From: Elusimicrobiota bacterium
Lineage (GTDB): Bacteria > CG03
Assembly: GCA_034660675.1 (NCBI GenBank)
Contig: JAYEJT010000115.1
Coordinates: 1-43,272, forward strand
DNA length: 43,272 bases
Direction of reading: 5' to 3'
Positions 17,401 to 27,188 of the stretch are shown piece after piece. A program made the translations under genes and the position numbers. Under the pieces are notes generated by a model that was given only the letters and a program-made list of their open reading frames with translations, was not told where the DNA came from and ran no database searches. Each line of letters starts with the position of its first letter. Within the stretch, counting starts at the first letter, position 1.

Positions 17401-18519
17401 CAGCTCCACGGCCATATATTTGGGGACTCCAACCTGGTCAATACGCAGCTGCGGGCCGACAACAATAACAGCTCGGCCCGAAAAATCCACTCTTTTCCCG
17501 AGGAGATTCTGTCTGAACCGGCCCCTTTTCCCCTTTGTTATATCAGCCAGGGATTTTAGCGCGCGGCCTGAAGCCGACACCACGGTTTTACCGCGAATTC
17601 CATTTTCTATGAGGGCGTCCACGGCTTCCTGAAGAAGCCGTTTTTCATTATTTACGACAACTTCCGGAGCCTTGAGCTCTTTTATGTGTTTCAGCCGGTT
17701 GTTCCTGTTGATAATTCTTCTGTATAAATCGTTAAGATCCGATGAAGCAAAGCGTCCGCTCTCAAGCGGCACAAGCGGCCTGAGCCCCGGCGGCATCACC
17801 GGCAAGGCGGTCAATATCATAGACTCGGGCTTGTTCCCTGAATAGTAAAAACTTTCAACTATTTTGAGATGTTTGTCCATGCGCGAAATAGTCACGGATG
17901 ATTTTTCCGATTTGAGTTTGTTTCTGAGTTCTTCCAGCCGTTTTTCCACATTCATTTCTTTGAGAAGTTTCCTGACGGCGGGAGCGCCGATACCGGCTTT
18001 AAATCTTGTACCGTAAAGTTTTTTCAGGCGCGCATAATCGTCTATGGAAAGCAACTGCTTGTATTTTAGCGGCGTCGCCCCGGGATCCGTAACCATATAA
18101 TTAGCGTAATAAACAACTTTTTCAAGATCGGTGATTTTCATTCCCAGAAGAACACCCACACGCGAAGGCGTTTTTCTCAAAAACCACACATGGGAAACCG
18201 GCACCGCAAGATCGATATGCCCCAGTCTGTGACGACGCACTTCGGAATCGGTGACTTCCACGCCGCAGCGTTCACAAACAATTCCGGCGTGCTTACGGAA
18301 TTTATATTTTCCGCACTGGCACTCGTAATCTTTTGTCGGCCCGAAAATCGCCTCGCAAAAAAGCCCGTCTCTTTCGGGTTTAAATGTTCTGTAATTTATC
18401 GTATCGCCCTTCTTTACTTCTCCATAAGACCACTTTTTTATCATCTGGGACGTGGCCAGAGAAATCTTCAGATTGTCAAAATTCGTAAAATCCAGATTAT
18501 CTTTTGCTTTATTTTTCAT
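14449..18519 (-). CDS. rpoC: DNA-directed RNA polymerase subunit beta prime
   Basis: Zn-finger CQCGKYKF...CERCGVEV, the catalytic NADFDGDQM motif, and a length of 1356 aa. Confidence 0.97.
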   Translation of the reverse strand: MKNKAKDNLDFTNFDNLKISLATSQMIKKWSYGEVKKGDTINYRTFKPERDGLFCEAIFGPTKDYECQCGKYKFRKHAGIVCERCGVEVTDSEVRRHRLGHIDLAVPVSHVWFLRKTPSRVGVLLGMKITDLEKVVYYANYMVTDPGATPLKYKQLLSIDDYARLKKLYGTRFKAGIGAPAVRKLLKEMNVEKRLEELRNKLKSEKSSVTISRMDKHLKIVESFYYSGNKPESMILTALPVMPPGLRPLVPLESGRFASSDLNDLYRRIINRNNRLKHIKELKAPEVVVNNEKRLLQEAVDALIENGIRGKTVVSASGRALKSLADITKGKRGRFRQNLLGKRVDFSGRAVIVVGPQLRIDQVGVPKYMAVELFKPFVIRELRKQGLAAHIKDANRVIREQPGLVFDLLEKIMKMYPIMINRAPTLHRLSIQAFYPVLVEGNAVQLHPLVCAPFNADFDGDQMALHLPLTPEARMEVMTLLLSTKNFFSPASGNMLDAPSQDMVLGVAYLTKKKPGEEGEGKIFKDADEAIRAFRFGVVGMHAKIKVAGLNKISEKGQDGKILKLAEWKDYTTPGRIIFNDIIPEGVEKINMEMTKSRIHDMIMKIHSKSNNYVLAKFLDRIKRLGFHYAMVSGSSILIDSLIQCGAKDKIIDVSKEKVKKFDKSYQAGIMSKQERYNRIISLWQDTSDQLADMVFDDMAKQEFEQYKPGEPRFNSLYIMASSGARGSRTQVRQMVAMRGLMAKPQKRVTGEIGEVVETPIVSNFREGMTVPEYFISTHGGRKGLSDTALKTAEAGYLSRKLVDVGQDVVVTMDDCQSVNGITVSALMEGQNVVESLAERIVGRVVTDNIVNPITDEVLIKEGEMVSEADAKKIEDAGFVSVKIRSVLTCQAPRGCCAKCYGRDLSTGNMVRIGTTVGVIAAQSVGEPGTQLTLRTFHIGGIAGRVMDTSELRAQADGKVEFENLQTIKNKEGVLVVISKNAKMIFRNPKKLIPQTFGIPYGAAIKFDSNRKVKRGELVGQWNPREMPLIAVRAGVIRWRDIISGITIREDRSKETGLLERIVIPYQRSKYRPQLEVADKNGKKDIFPLPPDTHIAVANKDKVEAGDIVAKIPQEITKIKDITGGLPRVTELFEARKPKKAAVITEISGIAEIMTSEKGEMMVKITPSRGGEAREYVIPHGKHLIVYNGDEVSAGDQLTDGAMDPHDILKVQGEKGVQTHLLDEVQGVYRLQGVKVNDKHIEIIVKQMLSRVRIVDPGDTAFITGEQVGKWEVREVNEKLTASKKKASFESILQGITKAALNSKSFISAASFQETTRVLTESAIKGAEDNFEGLKENIIVGRKIPAGTGLAATKRK

Positions 18520-21500
18520 TTTTTCGCAGCACCTTTCTTTTTCGATAACTCCACCCTAAAACCCATTGACTGCAGTTCCCGCACAAGCACCTGGAAAGCC
18601 TCCGGCGTTGAAGGAGTCGGCAGAAATCTATCTGTCACTTTTTCTTCTTTTCCCGGCTCATCACCTATGATCGTTTCTAAAAGTTTCTGACGACTTTTCA
18701 CATCATCGCTCTTTATGGTCAGAAATTCTCTCAGCAGATTGGCGGCGCCGTAGGCCTCTATCGCCCACACCTCCATCTCTCCGAAACGCTGACCGCCCAG
18801 AAGAGATTTACCCCCGACCGGCTGTCTGGTCACCATCGAATAATGACCGGTTGATCTGGCATGTATCTTATCCTCGGACATGTGCACGAGTTTAAGCATA
18901 TACGGATATCCGACACTGACTTTCTCCATCAGCGGACGCCCCGTACGGCCGTCAAAAAGAGTAAACGCTCCGTTGGGCGGCAACCCCGATTTTTTAAGAT
19001 TACCCACCACATCTGTTTCAAAAACAGGACTGTTAAAAGACGGGCAGACAAACCGCACATTCTGTTTTTTAGCCGAGAAGCCGAGCAGCGTCTCAAAAAT
19101 CTGACCGATGTTCATTCTCGACGGAACACTCAACGGACTGATCATCAAATCAATCGGCGTACCATCCGGAAGAAAAGGCATATCTTCAACAGGGAGCACT
19201 ATTGAAACAACTCCCTTGTTACCGTGCCGGCCAGCCATTTTATCACCTATTGATATTTTTCTCCGGGTGGCTATGTACACCTTGACTTTCTTGCTCACGC
19301 CCGGCGGCAGATCTGTTGTGCCTTTGGCATCTTTGACAGCAGAATCTTTATGCTTTTTCAGTATTCCAAGTTCAAATTCGTAGAATTTTTTTATTTTCTC
19401 CACTAATTTTTTGTGCTGCGCAGACTTTATTTTCTTCTTCTCAAAATCAGCATCCGCGACTTTTATTTCACTGCTTCTCATAGAACGCAGCTCCGCGCCA
19501 AGCTCCTTGAATTTTTCTGCAACGGTTTTGACCTTCTTCTCTCTCTGGAATTTTGTGAGCTTTGACTTCCTCTCAAAAAGCTCCACCCCTATGACCGTTC
19601 CTCTCGTTCCGGGAGGAACGGTGAGAGAGACATCCTTAAAGCGCCGGCCCTTGTCCCCGAAAATACTTCTGAGCAGCACCTCATGCGGCACATAAGTCTC
19701 TTCCTCGGGAATGACTTTTCCAACAAGAATATCGCCGGGCTCCACACAGGTACCCTCGACAACGACTCCGTTTGAATCAAGCCTGGCTATCTGGGAGGGG
19801 GAAACACCGGGAATGTCCCTGGTAATCTCTTCCGCTCTCTCGTCCGAACCGCCAACGCCGGTGTGTACTTCGGCCTCATGCCGCGTAATGTGTATCGAGG
19901 TATAGACATCATCCTTGACCAGCCTTTCACTAACTATCATGGCGTCTTCATAATTATATCCTTCCCATGAAAGATACGCCACGAGAACATTTTTTCCCAG
20001 GGAAAGAAGGCCGTCATCGGTGGCGCAGCCCCTGGTAAGAACGGTTCCCTTTTTCACCTTTTGGCCCACGCTCACCATGGGAGAATAATTTATACAGGTG
20101 TTCTGATTGGTTCTCAAAAATTTCATCAGGTCATAAACATCGTATTCTCCGTTTTCCCTTTCCACCACTATTCTGTCCGACTGAACGCTCACAACCGTTC
20201 CCGCGTTTCCGGCACAAACGACCGCCAGACTGTCCACGGCAATGTTTTTTTCCATGCCCGTGGAAACAAGCGGTGCTTCGGGATTAAGCAGCGGTACCGC
20301 CTGTCTCTGCATATTCGCACCCATGAGGGCTCTATTGGCGTCATCATGTTCAATAAAAGGTATGAGTCCCGCCGAAGGGCTCAAAATCTGGTTGGAGGCA
20401 ACATCTGAATACTCAATTTCTTTTGGGGAAGCAAACATGAACTCGCCTCCGCGCCTGGCCATTATGGAACTCTCAGTTATACGCCCCTTTTCATCAAGTT
20501 TCATCGTGGACGGCCCCACCATACGGCGTTCTTCCTCATCGGCCGTCATGTATTCCACCCTATTGGTAACAACGCCCTTCTCAACTTTTTTATACGGCGT
20601 TTCAAGAAGGCCGTACTGATTCACCCGGGAATACACCGCCGGAGAAACAATAAGACCTATATTCTGTCCCTCCGGGGTTTCAATCGGACATATTTTTCCG
20701 TAATGTGAATTGTGCACGTCACGCACCTCAAAACCGGCGCGCTTCCTGTTAAGACCGCCAGGCCCTATGGCCGAAAGCCTTCTCTTGTGAGTCAGCTCCG
20801 ACACCGGCGAAGTCTGGTCCAGAAACTGTGAAAGCTGGGATGTCGCGAAAAATTTGTTTATAGTCGTTATCACCGAAGTCGTGTTAACGAGTTCCTGCGG
20901 ATTCTTCACGTCCTGCTTCATGTTCATCCTGTCGCGCGACACTCTCGCGAGATTCGTCAGACCTATTTTTATCTGGTTCTGCAGCAGCTCGCCCACCGAC
21001 CTGACCCTTCTGTTGCCGAGATGGTCTATGTCATCAATTTTGGTTTCGAGCTTCTGGTTGAGCGCAATAACATTGTATATTACGGCCAAAATGTCCTCAT
21101 AACACAGAGTTCTTCTGGAAAGGGCCGGCAATTTCAGTCCGAGCTTTTCATACGTTTTTCCCAATCTGAGATTGATTTTATACCTGCCCACAAAAGAAAG
21201 ATCGTATCTTTTTGTGCTTTTGAAAAGCAGTGTTTCAAAAAAATCTCTTGCCGTTGCTTCACTCGTGAACTCCTGAATCCTCAATTTTTTGAAAAATTCC
21301 ACTATGGCCTGTTTTTGAGACCGCACATTGTCCTTCTTCAGCGTCTCCAGTATGGCCACATTGTCCGCGGCAGATTCTTTTGACACAACAGTGATTTTTT
21401 TCATGCCCGCAGCCAGAGCAAATTCCACAAGGTCAGCGCCTATTGCACATCCGGCATAGAAAAGGATTTTTCCATCTTCCCCGGGAGGGAGAGTTTTGCC

Positions 21501-22223
21501 AAGATATGTTTTTTCCGGAGAATCAAGATCTATTGAGCCGGCGGAAACCTCTTCTGTTTTGTAGAATCTTTCCACAATCTGATCATTTGTCTCAAGGCCG
21601 AGCGCGCGAAGTATCACAGTTGCCGGAAATTTCTTTCTTCTGTCTATGACAACAATGAGAGCGTTGTCATAATCAAACTCAAATTCCACCCATGCACCGC
21701 GATACGGAATTATGCCGGCTGTGTATTTCTGGCGGCCGCGCTGGGTTATTTCATGAGCCGCGGCTTCCTCAAATATCACTCCCGGTGAGCGGTGGAGCTG
21801 ATTAACAATCACCCTGTCGTTTCCGTTTATGATAAAATTACCGCTTTTCGTCATGTAAGGAATGTTGCAGAAATTAATTTCCTTTTCAAAAATGTGCGGC
21901 GCTCCGCCACGCTCTCTGTATTTTTTGAGACGAAGCTGAATTTTCACCGGAATGGTGTAAGTCAATTCCTTCTTTCTGGCCTCAATCTCTGTCAGGGAAG
22001 GTTTGCCAACCGAATAACCGGCATACTCCAACTCCATTTTTCCGTTTGTAGAAACAATCGGGAAAATATCTCTGAAGGCTCCTTCCAGGCCAATGGGTTT
22101 TTTCTGCTCCTGGGGAACATCCGCCTGCAAAAAATCCCGATAGGATTTTGTCTGTATATCCAGAAAACGCGTGGTTGAGAGATATTCCCTGCCCTTAACT
22201 CTCTCTAATCTTATTTCCTTCAT
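18516..22223 (-). CDS. rpoB: DNA-directed RNA polymerase subunit beta
   Basis: Motifs of the GPGGL, NYEDA and GRHGNKGV type are present. It overlaps rpoC by 4 nt. Confidence 0.97.
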   Translation of the reverse strand: MKEIRLERVKGREYLSTTRFLDIQTKSYRDFLQADVPQEQKKPIGLEGAFRDIFPIVSTNGKMELEYAGYSVGKPSLTEIEARKKELTYTIPVKIQLRLKKYRERGGAPHIFEKEINFCNIPYMTKSGNFIINGNDRVIVNQLHRSPGVIFEEAAAHEITQRGRQKYTAGIIPYRGAWVEFEFDYDNALIVVIDRRKKFPATVILRALGLETNDQIVERFYKTEEVSAGSIDLDSPEKTYLGKTLPPGEDGKILFYAGCAIGADLVEFALAAGMKKITVVSKESAADNVAILETLKKDNVRSQKQAIVEFFKKLRIQEFTSEATARDFFETLLFKSTKRYDLSFVGRYKINLRLGKTYEKLGLKLPALSRRTLCYEDILAVIYNVIALNQKLETKIDDIDHLGNRRVRSVGELLQNQIKIGLTNLARVSRDRMNMKQDVKNPQELVNTTSVITTINKFFATSQLSQFLDQTSPVSELTHKRRLSAIGPGGLNRKRAGFEVRDVHNSHYGKICPIETPEGQNIGLIVSPAVYSRVNQYGLLETPYKKVEKGVVTNRVEYMTADEEERRMVGPSTMKLDEKGRITESSIMARRGGEFMFASPKEIEYSDVASNQILSPSAGLIPFIEHDDANRALMGANMQRQAVPLLNPEAPLVSTGMEKNIAVDSLAVVCAGNAGTVVSVQSDRIVVERENGEYDVYDLMKFLRTNQNTCINYSPMVSVGQKVKKGTVLTRGCATDDGLLSLGKNVLVAYLSWEGYNYEDAMIVSERLVKDDVYTSIHITRHEAEVHTGVGGSDERAEEITRDIPGVSPSQIARLDSNGVVVEGTCVEPGDILVGKVIPEEETYVPHEVLLRSIFGDKGRRFKDVSLTVPPGTRGTVIGVELFERKSKLTKFQREKKVKTVAEKFKELGAELRSMRSSEIKVADADFEKKKIKSAQHKKLVEKIKKFYEFELGILKKHKDSAVKDAKGTTDLPPGVSKKVKVYIATRRKISIGDKMAGRHGNKGVVSIVLPVEDMPFLPDGTPIDLMISPLSVPSRMNIGQIFETLLGFSAKKQNVRFVCPSFNSPVFETDVVGNLKKSGLPPNGAFTLFDGRTGRPLMEKVSVGYPYMLKLVHMSEDKIHARSTGHYSMVTRQPVGGKSLLGGQRFGEMEVWAIEAYGAANLLREFLTIKSDDVKSRQKLLETIIGDEPGKEEKVTDRFLPTPSTPEAFQVLVRELQSMGFRVELSKKKGAAKK

Positions 22224-22597
22224 GCTATTTCACAAGTAGCACCGACTTCTTCGAGTTTCGCCTTTATTTCTTCCGCCTTTTCTTTCGGCAACGCTTCTCC
22301 CACTTTTTTGGGAGCGCTGTCCACAACTTCCTTTGCCTCTTTGAGTCCCAAAGACATCAGCTCTCTGACAACTTTAATAACCTGAATTTTCTTGTCACCC
22401 ACAGCCTTAAGGACAACATCAAATTCTGTTTTCTCGGCCGCCTCAGCTGCTCCGCCGCCGGCGGCAGCAACAACCTGGGGGGCTGCCATCTGTGCACTGA
22501 CATCAAATTTTTCCTCAATTGCCTTTACAAGCTCATTGAGCTCCATAACTGTCATCTGTGAAATACCTTCAATAATCTCATCCTTGCTTATAGCCAT
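22220..22597 (-). CDS. rplL: 50S ribosomal protein L7/L12
   Basis: N-terminal dimerisation helix, an Ala/Gly hinge ([13 protein letters not shown]) and a C-terminal [18 protein letters not shown] segment. Confidence 0.95.
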   Translation of the reverse strand: MAISKDEIIEGISQMTVMELNELVKAIEEKFDVSAQMAAPQVVAAAGGGAAEAAEKTEFDVVLKAVGDKKIQVIKVVRELMSLGLKEAKEVVDSAPKKVGEALPKEKAEEIKAKLEEVGATCEIA

Positions 22598-22636
22598 TAT
22601 CTCCTCCCTTCTACCATATCATCAAATTCCAAAATT

Positions 22637-23167
22637 TTAGTTCTTCTGTTCTTTTTTGCCCGCATAATCGCTCAGAGCAAAAACAATTCCTGACAAAAGT
22701 GATTTGCACACACTGTGAAATCCGTAAAGCGGCGCCTGTGCAGCCCGCGCAAACATCGCTATAAGCGTATCTCTGTCGGGCATAGCCGCTATGTCGGAAA
22801 TATCGCCTCCGCTGAGCACCTTGCCCGGCCTCAAAAATCCGCCGCGCACTTTAAAATTTTCATTTTCTTTTGAAAACTCGGATAACTCCTTACAGACATC
22901 GTTAATACTGGTGTCATCTGTAAAAATAACCGCCGTTGGTCCCTGAACGAAAGACGAGACCTGTTCCCAGTCATTTTTCATGAGATTTTTGAAAAGCCTG
23001 TTCTTTACAACTTCCGTGCGGGCCTGCGCGCGCCCCAGGCGCATCCGCAGATCCGTCATATCCTTAACGGTCAGCTTCTGAAACTCGGCAAAAATAAAAG
23101 CCTTGTTCTCTTTTACAAATTTATCTCTATCTTCTAACCACTTTACTTTTTCAGCTCTGAGTTTCAT
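22637..23167 (-). CDS. rplJ: 50S ribosomal protein L10
   Basis: L10-like sequence, positioned between rplA and rplL. Confidence 0.9.
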   Translation of the reverse strand: MKLRAEKVKWLEDRDKFVKENKAFIFAEFQKLTVKDMTDLRMRLGRAQARTEVVKNRLFKNLMKNDWEQVSSFVQGPTAVIFTDDTSINDVCKELSEFSKENENFKVRGGFLRPGKVLSGGDISDIAAMPDRDTLIAMFARAAQAPLYGFHSVCKSLLSGIVFALSDYAGKKEQKN

Positions 23168-23180
23168 TTTTTTCCCTCAA

Positions 23181-23855
23181 TTACGCGCTGACGCACACAC
23201 CCGGTGACATCGTCGTTGCTATAGAAATTTTTTTTATCACATTGCCCGCGGCAAAAGGCATTTTCGCGGACCTCACAGATTCAACAAACGCTTTTATATT
23301 TTCCATAAGTTTTTCGTCAGAAAAAGATATCTTACCGCAGGCGCCATGGATATTGCCGGAGGAATCAACTTTCCATCTGAGCAGACCCGCTTTGTAATTT
23401 TTCACAGCGGCGGCTATTTCCATAGTCACCGTACCGGCTTTCGGCGTAGGCATCAGACCCCGCGGCCCTATTATTCTCGCCACCTTGGAAAGATCCTTCA
23501 TACAATCGGGAGCGGCAAGAAGCACATCAAAATCAATTTTTCCGTCTTTTATCTCACTTATGATATCTTCGTTGCCAACCTTATCCGCTCCGGCGGAAAG
23601 CGCCTCCTCAGCCTTGGCGCCTTTGGCTATCACCGCCACCCGCACGTCTTTTCCGGTTCCGGCCGGCAAAGACACAGAACCCGTAATGTTTTGCGGTATT
23701 TTTTTTACGCCCGTGTTAAGATTTATGTGCATTTCAACACTTTCATCAAACTTCGGCTTCTTGAAACCCTTGAGCATTTTCAGCCCCTCTTCAAGCGGAT
23801 ACACTTTCCCTTCTTCAATGCTCTTACACGATTCTAAATATCTTTTGTTTTTCAT
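23181..23855 (-). CDS. rplA: 50S ribosomal protein L1
   Basis: KFDESVEMHINLN and ...IIGPRGLMPTPKAGTV. Confidence 0.95.
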   Translation of the reverse strand: MKNKRYLESCKSIEEGKVYPLEEGLKMLKGFKKPKFDESVEMHINLNTGVKKIPQNITGSVSLPAGTGKDVRVAVIAKGAKAEEALSAGADKVGNEDIISEIKDGKIDFDVLLAAPDCMKDLSKVARIIGPRGLMPTPKAGTVTMEIAAAVKNYKAGLLRWKVDSSGNIHGACGKISFSDEKLMENIKAFVESVRSAKMPFAAGNVIKKISIATTMSPGVCVSA

Positions 23856-23870
23856 AGCGTTCTAAAAACT

Positions 23871-24305
23871 TCAGTCCCCCACTTCAATTCCCATACTCCG
23901 GGCGGTGCCTTCCACCATCCGGCACGCAGAATCCAAATTCTCCGTGTTAAGATCGGGAAGTTTCTTCGCAGCTATTTCCCTGACCTGCTCCGCGGTGAGT
24001 TTTCCCTTCTTTTCCTTATTGGGCACACCTGACGCTTTCGCTATACCAATAGTTTTTTTGATAAGAGACGATATCGGCGGCACCTTCGTTATAAAGGAAA
24101 AACTTCTGTCTTCGTAGACAGATATAACCACCGGTATAAGCATTCCCGTTTCTTCCTTTTTTGTTTTTTCATTAAATTGCTTGCAGAAATCCATTATGTT
24201 AACACCGTGCTGTCCGAGAGCGGGACCCACGGGAGGCGCCGGATTAGCCGCGGCAGCCGGAATTTGAAGTTTTATCTGAGCCTTAATCTTTTTTTTCTTT
24301 GCCAT
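23871..24305 (-). CDS. rplK: 50S ribosomal protein L11
   Basis: [35 protein letters not shown]. Confidence 0.95.
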   Translation of the reverse strand: MAKKKKIKAQIKLQIPAAAANPAPPVGPALGQHGVNIMDFCKQFNEKTKKEETGMLIPVVISVYEDRSFSFITKVPPISSLIKKTIGIAKASGVPNKEKKGKLTAEQVREIAAKKLPDLNTENLDSACRMVEGTARSMGIEVGD

Positions 24306-24847
24306 TATGTTTTCTCCACTTGGTAAAATTTGAGTTCCACCGGCGTCGAACGGCCGAATATGGACACCATAACCCTGAGCTTGCCTTTGGCCTCATCAAC
24401 ATGATCTATCTCACCCGAAAAATTGGCGAAAGGTCCGTCAACAATACGCACATTATCATATTTAGCGAACTGCACCGACGGCCGGGGCTTTTCTTTTTCG
24501 GACTCCTTCACCATGTCTTTGAGATATTCCACCTCATGGGGCTTCACGGTAAAAGGCGTTTTCCCGCCGAGAAAACCGCTAACGCCGCGTATCCCGTTTA
24601 TGAACCAGAAGGTTTCGTCATCAAGAATCATCTCTATTATAATATATCCGGGAAGTATTTTTCTGGGGCGGACAACATTCTTTTTTTTCCTTATGTCCAC
24701 CACTTTTTCTTCAGGCATTATCACCTGTTTTATCTTCGATTCCACGCCTGACTCGGCATACAAAGCCCTTTTAGCCTCAATCGCCTCAAAAACCCTTTTT
24801 TCCGAACCGACAAGAGCCTGGACAACGTAAAATTTATATTCAGCCAT
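24305..24847 (-). CDS. nusG: Transcription termination/antitermination factor NusG
   Basis: NGN domain ([14 protein letters not shown]) and a KOW motif ([15 protein letters not shown]). Confidence 0.95.
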   Translation of the reverse strand: MAEYKFYVVQALVGSEKRVFEAIEAKRALYAESGVESKIKQVIMPEEKVVDIRKKKNVVRPRKILPGYIIIEMILDDETFWFINGIRGVSGFLGGKTPFTVKPHEVEYLKDMVKESEKEKPRPSVQFAKYDNVRIVDGPFANFSGEIDHVDEAKGKLRVMVSIFGRSTPVELKFYQVEKT

Positions 24848-25026
24848 CAGATAAAAATCCCCACTATTTTTGAAATTATCAAATCAACCGCCATAATAAA
24901 AAACGACACCGCAACCACCAAAACCAGCACAACAACCGTAAAGCCCGCCACATCTCTCTTCGACGCCCACGAGATACGGTCCAGCTCCGCATATACGCTT
25001 TTAGAAAATTTTATAATTTTGCTCAT
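24847..25026 (-). CDS. secE: Preprotein translocase subunit SecE (59 aa)
   Basis: Below the ORF-track size cutoff. Hand translation gives MSKIIKFSKSVYAELDRISWASKRDVAGFTVVVLVLVVAVSFFIMAVDLIISKIVGIFI, a single TM helix in the canonical position upstream of nusG. Its TGA shares one base with the nusG ATG. Confidence 0.8.
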   Translation of the reverse strand: MSKIIKFSKSVYAELDRISWASKRDVAGFTVVVLVLVVAVSFFIMAVDLIISKIVGIFI

Positions 25027-25043
25027 ACCATAAAAGGACTAAT

Positions 25044-25071
25044 GCTATAAAAATTTTCCGTAATGTGTCAA
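25044..25071 (-). promoter_or_regulatory. Candidate promoter for secE-nusG-rpl operon (TTGACA-16-TATAGC)
   Basis: The reverse complement of 25066-25071 is TTGACA and that of 25044-25049 is TATAGC, with a 16-nt spacer. The -10 box lies 17 nt from the secE ATG. Confidence 0.4.
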
Positions 25072-25121
25072 GTACCCGCCTTAGATAATACAAAATGTCC
25101 CCGCGTTAAATCATCCGGGAT

Positions 25122-25427
25122 TTAACCGTCGCTTTCGTGTTTAAGTTTTTTTCTGTACCATTTGCCGCCTCGTTTCTCCCATTGCGTCAGCTCCCATTTT
25201 ATTGCTTTCACATCTTTGCTCTGCATCAGTTCTCTCTCTATTTTTTTGAGAACATCAATGACGGCGGTTTCGTTTCCGGAGGAAACTTTGCCTCCTTTGA
25301 ATTTGAGGCCCCCCTTTATAACGACAACATCCCGGACGGTACTGATGGAAAGATTAAGAACATCAACCCAGTTTCTCGTTAATGTCCCCTTAACCTTGTT
25401 GTTTATCTCCCAGCCCTTTGCTCCCAT
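25122..25427 (-). CDS. Hypothetical small basic protein (101 aa)
   Basis: An ORF co-oriented with its neighbours. It has a vaguely BON-like segment (VDVLNLSISTVRDVVVIKGGL) and no firm motif. Confidence 0.4.
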   Translation of the reverse strand: MGAKGWEINNKVKGTLTRNWVDVLNLSISTVRDVVVIKGGLKFKGGKVSSGNETAVIDVLKKIERELMQSKDVKAIKWELTQWEKRGGKWYRKKLKHESDG

Positions 25428-25480
25428 GTTCTGACTTTACCATATTTTGCAGTTTTTCGGCAATAATATCCGCCCCTGAT

Positions 25481-26698
25481 TTATATTTTTCTTTCTATCC
25501 TGTTTTTGCCAATGTATTTTTTCAAACAATCCGGAAGAACAACCGCTCCTTGCCCGTCCCAGAAATTTTCGCACAAAGCCGCGAAGATCCTTCCCACCGC
25601 CAGAGCCGAACCATTCAGCGTGTGGACAAACTCGGTTTTACCCGAATCGTTTTTAAATCTTGTGACCGTGCGGCGTGACTGAAAATTACGGCAGTTGGAG
25701 CATGAAGAGACCTCAAGCCACGAACCCGTGCCTTTCATCCACACCTCTATGTCATATGTTTTGGCCGATGAAAAACCCGTGTCCCCTGCGGCAAGAAGAA
25801 CAATTCTGTGCACCAGTCCCAGTTTTTGCAGAAGCGAACTCACTCTTTCCACAATCTCCTCCAGCACCTTTTCCGAACTTTCGGGTTTTACAAACTCAAA
25901 AATCTCCACCTTGTTAAACTGATGATTTCTTATCAGCCCCTTTCCCAGCTTACCCCAGGAGCCGGCCTCGCGCCTGAAACACTGACTGAAAACCTGAAGT
26001 TTAACAGGCAGCTTAGCGCTGTCAATTATTTTGTTCCTGAAAAGATTCCCCGCGGGCACTTCCCCCGTAGGAATAAGATAAAGATCATCTTCCGCGACTT
26101 TATAGAGATCGTCCTCAAATTTTGGAAGCTGGCCGGTTCCGTAAGCGCTGGCGGCCGAAACCAAAGCCGGCACCATGACGGGGGTAAAACCGGCCTCATC
26201 GTTCTCATCAAGGAAAAAATTGATGAGCGCCATTTCAAGCCTTGCCCCGTCGCCTTTAAGCAGCGGCCAGAAAGAAGCCGTTATTCCCGAAGCCGTTTCA
26301 AAATCAACCATGTCCAAAAGCTTTATTATCTCCCAGTGCAAAGGGCCTTCCTGTTTCCCCGGTGAGCCGACAGTTTTCATCACTTTATTGTTTTCCGCGA
26401 AGCCGGGCGGCACATCCTCATCCGGCAGATTCGGTACTGTGTCTATAAGCCCTTTAAATTCAGCGTCAATTTTTTTGAGAACTTCTTCCTGCTCTTTTCT
26501 GGAAACCTTAACCTCTTTTCCCTCCCCGGGAGACTTTACTTTTTTCTGTCTGGCCCTGAGATCCTCAACTTCCCTGAGGCTCTCACGTCTTTTTACGTCA
26601 AGAAGAAGAATTCTGTCAAGCAGATCCTCTTTAGCTCTGACGCCCATCCGCTTTTTAAAAAGCTCAGGACTGTCTCTTAAAATCCTAATGTCTATCAC
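25481..26698 (-). CDS. serS: Seryl-tRNA synthetase
   Basis: N-terminal coiled-coil arm and class II core motifs (FRREAGS..., GLIRNHQFNKVE, GSALAVGR). Confidence 0.95.
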   Translation of the reverse strand: MIDIRILRDSPELFKKRMGVRAKEDLLDRILLLDVKRRESLREVEDLRARQKKVKSPGEGKEVKVSRKEQEEVLKKIDAEFKGLIDTVPNLPDEDVPPGFAENNKVMKTVGSPGKQEGPLHWEIIKLLDMVDFETASGITASFWPLLKGDGARLEMALINFFLDENDEAGFTPVMVPALVSAASAYGTGQLPKFEDDLYKVAEDDLYLIPTGEVPAGNLFRNKIIDSAKLPVKLQVFSQCFRREAGSWGKLGKGLIRNHQFNKVEIFEFVKPESSEKVLEEIVERVSSLLQKLGLVHRIVLLAAGDTGFSSAKTYDIEVWMKGTGSWLEVSSCSNCRNFQSRRTVTRFKNDSGKTEFVHTLNGSALAVGRIFAALCENFWDGQGAVVLPDCLKKYIGKNRIERKI

Positions 26699-26701
26699 AA
26701 T

Positions 26702-26983
26702 TTACACCCCCAAATTAAGTTCCTGCTTTACCTCTTTGGTCAGCATAATTTTCATCAGCGACTGATAGGGCACGCCTTTTTTGTGAGCAATCATTTTCAG
26801 CTGCTCCATTAGATGTGTGGGCAGATTCATGGAGATTTTCTTCACAGTGGGTTTTAATTCAGGAAGTGAAACTTTCTCGCTTTTTGCCATATCTACAAAT
26901 TCAGCGGCATCGTGTTTTGCCCAGAATTCAAATTCATCGCTTTCATTTTTAAATTCCGGTAATTTTTTATAATTTCTTGTCAT
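26702..26983 (-). CDS. brnA: BrnA-family (CopG/RHH-like) type II antitoxin
   Basis: EFEFWAKHDAAEF...ISMNLPTHLMEQLKMIAHKKGVPYQSLMKIMLTKEV matches the BrnA pattern. A remnant of the cognate toxin lies immediately upstream. Confidence 0.7.
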   Translation of the reverse strand: MTRNYKKLPEFKNESDEFEFWAKHDAAEFVDMAKSEKVSLPELKPTVKKISMNLPTHLMEQLKMIAHKKGVPYQSLMKIMLTKEVKQELNLGV

Positions 26984-27113
26984 AAATCCCCCTTTCCCTC
27001 CTGCTCATATCCCGCGCGGAAACAACTCTTATTTTTCTATTTCTGATTGTAAAAACTATCGTCAATTTCCTTCTCCTATCCGTTGCTCCGAAGGCATAAT
27101 AGCGTTTTTCAAT
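26967..27113 (-). pseudogene. 5-prime-truncated BrnT (DUF497) toxin remnant
   Basis: Hand translation gives IEKRYYAFGATDRRRKLTIVFTIRNRKIRVVSARDMSRRERGIYDKKL*, the C-terminal half of BrnT including the IRxxSAR motif. An in-frame TGA precedes it and there is no start codon. Only 75 nt remain before the gyrA stop, too few for the missing N-terminal half. Confidence 0.55.
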
Positions 27114-27188
27114 TCAAGATACGGCAGGATATATATTTTTTTTATTTTCAACAATGACTGTTATTTAGACAGTGCATCTGAATATTTA

